This document shows, in pieces, positions 54,092 to 64,000 of a DNA stretch of 64,000 nucleotides; position 1 is the first letter of the stretch; the number at the start of each line of letters is the position of its first letter. A model generated the notes under the pieces. The model was not told the origin of the DNA. It saw nothing but the letters and a program-made list of their open reading frames with translations, and made no database searches. The DNA is from Chrysomallon squamiferum (lineage: Eukaryota; Animalia; Mollusca), in assembly GCA_012295275.1 (NCBI GenBank), contig CM022672.1, positions 23,374,001-23,438,000 on the forward strand, given 5' to 3'. Position numbers and translations under genes: made by a program.

Positions 54092-56651
54092 TTATTATTA
54101 TTATTATTATTATCATTCATAGTATCAGTAGTAGTAGTAGTATTGTCATTACATTTGAGGCAGTTAAAGTCAAGTAATTCAGGACAATTATATGTTATTC
54201 AAATCATAAAAATAAATGATTTGGGAAGTCATCTTATCTGTCTATATCTCCTCGCCGGGAAATTATTTATTTTTCAATTCAAATGTGAATTATAGCCTGT
54301 TATTACACTGTCCTAAATTTATATGAAGATGTCTTTAAAACACTAGATGCAGAAACGGCAAAAAAACATACACACACACACACACACACACACAGGCAGT
54401 CTTTACATAAACGAATACAAATAGAGATAATATTCGTATAAACATACCTACATAAGTAAAGACAGACAAACTTGTAGAAATAGGCACATGTTATAAATCA
54501 CACACACACGCACACACACACACACACTCACACACAGATAAACACATTACATGCAACCCATCTCAGCATAGAACAAAAAAAATCGCATAGTGATATATGC
54601 GGATCAAAGCAGCATACATTGAGAAATGATTGCATCATTATTTTATATACAAACAAGTTAGTCGAAAGAAAAAAAAAGATTAAAAAAATAAGGCAGTGAG
54701 TGAGTAATATCATCATCCAAACAGACAGTTCGTACAAACACAGAGAAAACTAAATTATCCACGAAATCATTCGAAGCAATTGTCTGTACGGTAATAGAGG
54801 TTTAATCTATTTAATACCAAATAATTGACGTTGTCATAAATTTAAAAACGTCCTATAAATACAGCCTCTAGATAATCGCAGTCGCAAAGAATTCTAACTC
54901 AAAAACAATAAGAAATTAAATTTAATAATCATAGAAACGAAATCGAATTTTTCGGATTTTTTAAATGAAAATACATTTGAAAATAATATTTATGGAGATA
55001 TAAAATTCTTCTAAAGATTGAAAAAAAAAAAAAGAAAATGAATAATAGAAAAAGTAAATAAAAAATATGTAATTAGATAGAAAAACTATACTCTGGAATG
55101 AATTTTTTGAGCCAAAAAGTCGATTACAAATTCTTCTAACTCATCAAAAACTGTTATCTTAAGAAAATAAAATAAAATCATATGTCACAAGAGAAAACAA
55201 ATGTGTCTAGTCCAAACAAGGGATGAGCCATAAATTATAAATAAAATAAAATGCTTAAAGTTAACGCGAAAATAACTACAAATTCTAATTTTCTCAGGAG
55301 TAAATGTAAATAAATTTCAGAAAAAAAAAATCCAAACAACGAAATGCAGGAATAAACAGTTAGCAATAAGAAAAAATATAAATATAAAAGTCATATTTCG
55401 TGTTTTTCTAATTCTTCCTTGCTTGACAGTTTAGAAGAGAACTAAATGAACTGAGCCCTTGGAATCCCAATAAAGGGTCGCTGTTTAAATGAAAATTTAT
55501 TTTGCGTGTAGAAACCATCAATGATTCAAACATAAATTTTGCTAAACACTTACTGTAAAATAAAATATTTCTAGTTTTTCTCATGTAACATAATCAGGTA
55601 TTGTTACTACAACAGTTTTGAAAGAAGCTCTCATCCTGAACCACAGCAACGAAATAGACTCTACGCTCGCAAACCCTTTTGTCCGTAATTGGTAAACTAA
55701 AATCTCCATTCAGGTTATAAAGATGGTACCAAGCAAAGAGATTTGCTAAATTACAAGAGTCTAGACACAGTGTCTTCGAACATTTAAAGTCCATACATTT
55801 GGAGACTTCACAGATATAATATAGAAGAAAATCTTCACTTAATAATATTGACCCATCTTTCATATTTCTGCCAGTGGTGCCATTTAACATCGAACTGGTA
55901 TAATATAAAAAGTTATGTTTTTTTTAAAAGGAAACATAATTACTGCAAGTCATTTTCTCATTTTTTCTGTCTCTCTGACATTATAATCTATCTATATATA
56001 TATATATATATAAGTGTTTCTGACCACCTCTCTGATTTCATTTCAAAAGGTTTTGCATTTCTTTTTCTGTAACTGTATCTCCCTGCTCTCTGATCACTCT
56101 TTCCCATCTATTTAGAAAACCGCAGCGTCGTTCAGTCCACAGCTAAACGTAATACCCCTAACATATTTTCTCAGCAGATTATACATTAGGACTTGAGACG
56201 TTTACAATTTATAATCAAGAATAGTTTCAACGTACGCAAGAATATGTCTCCGCTGCATCCCCTGAGTTGATGAGAAGTCATTTCAAATATCAGAGGTTCT
56301 TTCTTTTATCAGCATCGTGTATTGAAGATACCTGACACGCTCAGTTTAGACCATGCACGGCAGATTCCTGACATCAGACCTAAATGAAAGTTCTCAAGGG
56401 GTAACACCGGCGATGCATTACTACTGACAAGCGTATTCTTGTCTGTAAAAGGTTGCAGTAAATTGTTAATAGGAGATGAGATCGGTTAGTTTGCATGACA
56501 CTATCTCGTTTAATAAAAAGAGTTAAGGTTTTATTTAACCCTGCAGTAGATCATACTTACATACGATCCTTATTATTCCATTAATAAGAAAATATATATA
56601 TATTTTTTACAACTGCATTAAAGCATTCGTTTCAAACATTTTCAACAAGAC

Positions 56652-56702
<51 letters not shown>

Positions 56703-56977
56703 ATATAATTAAGCCTCATTATGCATGTCTTGCCCCATCCAGCCTTTCTTGCAATAAGTTTTAGGAATATTTGTTTAAGGAAACTAATATATAACATGGT
56801 ATGAATTTCTTACCCATACTTGTTTTGCAATAGGACTATATAATAGATTAAATATATCTAACAAATTCGTGTACTTAATTAATTAGAAACTGTTTTGCTT
56901 AACAATATCACTACAGCACTTTATATTTGTCTTGCCTGGGGTTTTTTCTTCTTCTTTTTTTGCTGTTATTGTTTATA

Positions 56978-57027
<50 letters not shown>

Positions 57028-57518
57028 CAATAATAAAAATAAAAAAAAAAGAACTTTTTTATTATTATTAATATATATATATTATTTTTTTTAAACAAGA
57101 CCTGGTTTTGTTGTTCAAACAAAGTACCTGAAATTGAAATTACATCTCAAAAAGTCGTTTTATGTTCAATTATTTAAAGTCTTAAGCACTTCAACCGTGT
57201 TTATTGATAACACTTCTTCGCCTCTGCGGAAATCAAAGCCCTTTCATAATGCAAAGACAAACACAAGTGCCGATTTGATCAAAAACGAAAATGTCAACAA
57301 AATTTCATGAAATCCCTGAGGTAAGTTGTCCTTGTAACCTCGATGTTCATAATTTGAAAAGTAACAGAATTTGCGAAAAAAAAAAAGAAAAAAAGACGAA
57401 ACTGGAATATTAGATAATGGTCATCAAAACATTTGTTACCGCTAATAAATGATAATCATATTATATATAAAATTAGAAACAACACACACACACACGCACA
57501 CAAACATATATGTAATAC

Positions 57519-57553
<35 letters not shown>

Positions 57554-58004
57554 GATGTTGTTGTTGTTATTACATTTCTTTAATAGTAGGCCTACCATAT
57601 TAATATTAACCATTAGTTGGTATCTCTCTCTCTATTTTTTTTTTTTTTTTTTTTTTTATAATGATGATATGATATGTATAAAAAAAAGAACTGCCTGAGG
57701 AAACCAAACAATGTACTCTATCGATTGGCACTTGAATCATAGTTTGAACTTCCAATGAACAAGAAATTAGATACGATGAAGTTTGATAAACAAATCGGAA
57801 TCTTGATGAGTACTGATCCTGCAAACCACCACGTTTAATGTTAGAGCATGTAATTCCTGGCTGCTGTCGTAATTCGAAGTATCATAATCACCGTTTACCT
57901 TTTTTCGTCAAGCTACCTTAATGAAGTATTCAGAATGGCCAGTTCGTTTTTCTTGTCAGACATCTGGAACTGCATAATCATTCATTTCATGCACAACAGA
58001 AAAG

Positions 58005-58036
<32 letters not shown>

Positions 58037-58576
58037 AAGAGAACTTGATAGCACCCCGTCATAAGCTATACTTAGCAAAGGTGTATTTTACATATACCAT
58101 ACTATGGAATGTAAGAAGAAGTCATAACTTTATAAATATATAATAATAATAATAACAACAACAAAGAAAGAGAAGAAGACCTTGAACAATTTCGACACCA
58201 CTGAGATTGAAGGCCATTTATCACCTACACGTAATTCGAAGATGAAGAGCGTATTTGAGCCGCCAGCAGATGAGCTTGAACTGTAATAAAATCCTGCCTA
58301 ATACCTTGATAGTTTATTACCTAATTTCACGTTTTGTTGTTCCCATTCAAAGGCGGATTTCCCATTACACACGCATGTATGAGCAGATTGTAATTGAAAT
58401 CTCGTACGACGTGTCGGCTGATGACTACATCGCTATGCAGCCAGTCGATGGGTAGCCGAAAATAATTTCTGATCTCAATGCAAGATGTAACACTTCCTGG
58501 AAACGATGAAGAAAGTGAACGGTTATCATTTTCCCAAGTTAAATCGGAACTTAATATGTTACTTGAGACGATAGCC

Positions 58577-58622
<46 letters not shown>

Positions 58623-61382
58623 TGTACTAGTATCAGCAGTAATAGCAGTAGTAATAGCTGATGCTGTTGTAGCAGTAGTAATAGTTGGTGTATAGTAGTA
58701 GTAGTTGTAGTGAACGATTTTAAAATTTTCTATCATTCATGTAAATTATTTTTACCCTTTATTCCATCGAATACATTTTTTTTTTATAATAAATTGTTTC
58801 CAACTCAGTCATTTTGTTTACGTAATTTACAAAAGTAGTTTATACATCCTAATCTTAACACACGTCTATTCAAGACGTTATTCACCAAGGTATTTTGGCG
58901 AAAGCATTTTCTATGTAATGATCAATTAATACTATGTGTTGGCCTGAACGAGATTTGCTTCCCTGAAATTGCTTCAATTTATGTTTATTGATCGAAATTA
59001 AAGCACTGGTAATATCTCTTCTGGTCTGTTATTTCAATAAGTCCATTCACTAGCATGCTACATACTTCAGACAAGCATCGCTGATAAAATTGGAACCCAC
59101 AAGAAATTTCGGAGCTAATCAGCGTTACATGCCCATGCGAAATGTCACAGGGAACAAAAGAAAACTTCAGCACCGGTTTTTACGGTTCCAAACAGTCGAC
59201 TGTGATCCAGGAATACTGGTAGGCACAGAACATTTGAAACTGGATCATGCTAATATTATATTAATTTCATTAACTTCTACGAAAAATGTTCTCAGGATAT
59301 GTATGCATGTATGTATGCATGCATGGTTTTATTTATGTGTTTATGTTTACGAATTTACATAATGATTATAGACTAAAACGTATGACTTGCCACCTTTCTT
59401 AAAGACCGTCTCTGATTAACCTTTCATGATGCATAGTCTGGAACGGGAAGAAACATGACGGGAGCAGTGATAGTTCATCATATTACAATGATACCTCCAC
59501 GACTTTTCAGGATTTATCTGAACTTTTGAACGTCAGGTTGTATTCGAATTAATACTAACTAACCTCTCGATGTACGCCGACTTATTAACGTGACTTTCTT
59601 TTCATAGTAATTGGAATCAGAATTGCTTCTTTATCCATTCTGGCCAACATGAGCTAGGTCAGTTGTCGAGGTCAAGCTCATTGAAGATTAATTAGCGACA
59701 AATCCTCAGTATGTTCTGAATACGGCTGTATCTGATTTCTGCTTTGAAACTCGTAGTTTTGTTGTTAATCAAATGATTTGTCAAAAATGGCAAGACGAGG
59801 TAATTAAAACAAAATACGTATTTTTAAATGAATCTCAGCTTCACTCACAACTTTGGTTCGAAAAACAATTTAGATTAGATTTAGCTGAGGTCATGAAGCA
59901 ATGTTCAACAATGCATCCACGATATGCAAATTAGACCAATATAATATACATTTACTAGAAACTGAAACTTGGTAAATATTAACTGTAAAGGTAAATATCT
60001 GAAACGGATTAATACAAATATTGGAAAACTGTAAGTGTCAAGTGAAAGTTAAAAGAAAATTATTATAGAATTGTAATACACTTTTTTGTTTCTTTATATA
60101 CAATAAATAGATGACTGATTAATTGACATCAATATCTCAATAATTCAGAATGGAAACATCAAAGTGCATGTTAACAGCTTTTTTTGTTTGCTTCATTTTC
60201 ACTGCTATTTTGGTCTGACATTTACTTCATTGACAAATGCGGAAATTTGTGAAGCCACAATTAATAAAAAAATGTACTCAAAAATCGCGTAACGTCAAAA
60301 ACGGACGTGTAAATATTTAAATGTAAAATCGCTACACTGAGCACATTCTGGTGATTGTCCAGTATAATTTTTTATATCTTTTTTTTTTTAATCTTAATAT
60401 GAATTTGAATTTCTTTCTCATAATTTTACCCACATTTTAAAACAACTGTTCTCAGAAAATAGGTAGTGTAGCTGTATAAAGTAACATATTCATAAAATTC
60501 ACATTAAGGCGAAAGAAAAGGCAAAAAAAAAACAACTAAAAAACTACAACAACAGCAAGTAATGATGATGATGATGATGAACGATGATGATGATGATGAT
60601 GATAATAATAATAATAATAATAATCTTTTAATATCACAGTCTGTGAACATTAACTGAAAGAACTCATTTTAATAGTAAAGACTATTTGAACAAAAAGGAT
60701 CGTGTATAATGCTATAAGTTATGGATTAGCAGCACATTTTTTGAATATAATTATGCATGAAGCCTAAGGCACTTGGCGCGGCCTTTGAAAAATATGCTGT
60801 AACAGACAGATTGCAGAAGAAAATACTTTGGAAGTCTCGAGTGGATTGATCTCGCGACCCACTAGTCTGTACAAACGTGTCTACAAGAGCTAAATCAGTA
60901 CCTGTGTCGGTTAAGAACATGGATTTAAAGATTGCCATCAGCTGTTCTTTAATCCATCAATGTTCACGTTGTCTTTTTAGATTAATTAGTCCGTTGCCCA
61001 TCACGTGATCCTATGATCAAAACGATTGGTTGTTGTTATTATTATTATACGCACGGCATTTTAAATGAAATTCAGTTTTACTGTTTCACTATGGGAAATA
61101 AATAATAAGTTATAAAGGACACCTGTCAAATATATTATTGTTATTCTTCTTGTTGTTTTTGTTGTTGCTTTTGTTGCTGTTGTTGTTAAAAAAGAAAATT
61201 CACTGCAGCCACACTGTGGGTCGCTCTTAACGATTAGCGGTTAGGATATATTATGTACAAACCTAAACTGTGGAAAGAAAAATAGTCTTTTGGGTTAACA
61301 GAAGAGAATTCATCTTACCATCGCTAAGTCCACTGAGCTACTATCAGTTTCATTTGATTACAAAATATTCTCCTTTTATATA

Positions 61383-61391
61383 CTCTCTCTT

Positions 61392-61470
<79 letters not shown>
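61383..61470. repeat. (CT)n microsatellite
   Basis: Near-perfect dinucleotide run. Confidence 0.95.
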
Positions 61471-61475
<5 letters not shown>

Positions 61476-63073
61476 ATAACAAAATATGTTAAACTGAAAA
61501 ATGGATGGTGTATATGAACACTATACATTATTTGAATAATCGTAGATTTAAAAAAAAAAAGACAACTGTTTACGAAAATAAGCACTTAAAAATAGTTTAA
61601 TTTGTATTTACTATATAATCATTTAACAAAATAAATTGTTTATAAATTACATTAAAGAAATGCAGTAATAAGACGAAATTGACTCAGACCATAATGAAAG
61701 TTTGTCGTGGATGATGAAATTATTTGATAAGGACACAAAGGTGAATGATACTGAAACAGTTTAAGAAAGCCTGGGGTAAGGACAAAATATTCGGATCATC
61801 ACAGAGTACAGGAGTTGCTCTTACGACTTTAATGCATGCTTTTGACAAAAATGCGGAGGCTAATCTAGCTATAAATGCAGATTATACCTTTTACACTTGA
61901 CAGTTACTGCTCAGGAAACATTTATGCATTAGACCTTAATGTATAATGATTGCCTCTTCAGACCAGCATTTGAACTGTTAACTGTGCTAGTGGGTGCTAA
62001 AAGCTTTTAGTTTTAAATAGCGTGGGTGACTTGTCTATGTGAAATTTCTATTACATAAATGACGATATCAGTGGATATGTACATTTTTAATTTTACTTTA
62101 TAAACCAATAATATTATTTCGCTCAAATAATCTAGGATTATGCTTATCCTTTACAATGATGTGCTGGTGCAGAATCTGAAGTTTTATCACAAATGAAATT
62201 ATAAAAGCTAATAACGTAATTAAATAAAAAAAAATTACATTAAAGCTTTTATTTTGGATAAAGTAGTAAAGCAAAAAACTCAAAAACCACTAATGGAACT
62301 GAACTAATAATAAAAAGGTTACCAGAAAAACTGAACGATTTCCCGAAAACATAAATAATTAAGCAATGCTAATTGAATCAGTATATCTTAAGTGAATAAA
62401 ACTAAGATTTTTTTTCTCACATTAATGCCTTTATTATGGACATAAAACATTAAGGAAGGTAACTAAAAATACAAAGCATTAGAAGGCCGAAGGGAATACT
62501 CGGAGAATATTATCTTAAAACTTGTTCACATGCAAAAAATACACCAGTTAGAATTTATACCACTTCTGTCAATGTATGTTGTAAAGTTGTTGTGTTCTTC
62601 GTTTTTTTAAGTCTGTTAGCATGAAGCAAGACATTTTAAAAAGAACTGAAATAAAAGAACTGATGATAAAGGTTCCATCTGATATTTTACATTATTATAT
62701 TCACTGGAAAAGTGTGTTTCATCCGACGTGAGCAATTAATAGCACCATACCAGCAGTCGTTTGTATAATTCGAAAATAATTTCAGTGAATAGCGATTTGT
62801 GGGTTTTTTCACGATACTATGACGTTTAAAAAATAAAAAGAGAAAATTAACTTTGAACAAAAACCTCGATCGAAAACATCAGCAAAATTTCGATTCCTAA
62901 AGTCTCCGGGATCTTCCTGTTTTTGTACCACGGATAGCTTGGAGAAAATTATTGGTATGAAAATTATTCATATTTTTTCAGTTCTTTCAAGTCCAGTATT
63001 AATTATTCTTTTTAACTCTGTGACATCTGCTTCGCCATTATTGTCAATCACGACCATAACGTGATGAATTATT

Positions 63074-63249
<176 letters not shown>

Positions 63250-64000
63250 TTTATGAGATCTAATTTATGCTATTTTGTGCATGGACTTCTGATTTTAGAA
63301 AAAAAAAAATACGTATATTCATTTCATTTTCATATTTTATATATTTATATTTATGTTTCATTGTTGTTCACTGAGTTTAAACAGGTGTGAGGTTCTATAT
63401 TATGTGAGTGAATGCATACGTATGTAAATATTATTATTCTCTTTTTTTTTCTTCAGAGCATAGGTAATACAGTATAAATATCATATGTAGCAGAAGAACT
63501 GAAATAAAAAAAACTGTAACGAGGATGATATTACGCCATTTCTGACATCCTTAATAAATTCAGTATATCAACTATTTGTTTTTAAACTCTCAGGAAAACG
63601 GGTTTTGTTGAATTACGGGTTAATTAGTGTAAAAACGAGGTGTATTGGTCTTTCAGGCTAAAACAAGTATGTGGTTAAGATCTCCGCAGTTAAATATGTC
63701 TTTGATAGTTTTCTTTTCGTTTGCTTCACGTTTTCTCGTTAACATTTGTAACTCCGCGGGGATCATAACGTTCGCCGTTAACTTTTAAAAAAGTCAAGAC
63801 CAAATAGTGGACGAAATAATGCTTAGGAACACACATATGATTTGCAGTTCGTTGCTATGTTCATTATTTTCAGCAGATGCTAAGGAAGCCATTGTAATTA
63901 CCGACGTCATCAACAATCTCGACGTGCTAATGACCAGACTGCTTTTTTTAAAGTACCAATTTAATGTACTTAGCAGACTGCAAATAAAACGACTGTCTAC

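Overview
Very AT-rich, microsatellite-dense eukaryotic (animal) genomic DNA. The composition and a tRNA-Arg-like SINE suggest a mollusc, possibly a cephalopod, but this is inference. Only one protein-coding gene is well supported: a class A GPCR of the neuropeptide Y/F receptor family with an intronless CDS (36771..37961, minus strand). It keeps most NPY/NPF-receptor hallmarks but has unusual substitutions at activation and ligand-pocket positions. A decayed fragment of a second copy lies about 1.4 kb downstream. A candidate CCAAT/TATA promoter with a short non-coding first exon lies about 2.4 kb upstream. The rest is non-coding: an internally deleted Tigger/pogo DNA transposon carrying a CTCF-like motif, a tRNA-derived SINE flanked by 57-bp direct repeats, two L2/CR1-type LINE 3' relics in inverted orientation, a minisatellite that multiplies a ROR/Rev-erb-type motif, two near-perfect foldback inverted repeats, dispersed repeats and many simple repeats. 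Most listed ORFs are microsatellite or chance artefacts. I found no prokaryotic-type system (CRISPR, operons) and no demonstrably new multi-gene system. The best leads are the divergent receptor, its ATG-dense leader and the foldback structures. All alignments and counts were done by eye.
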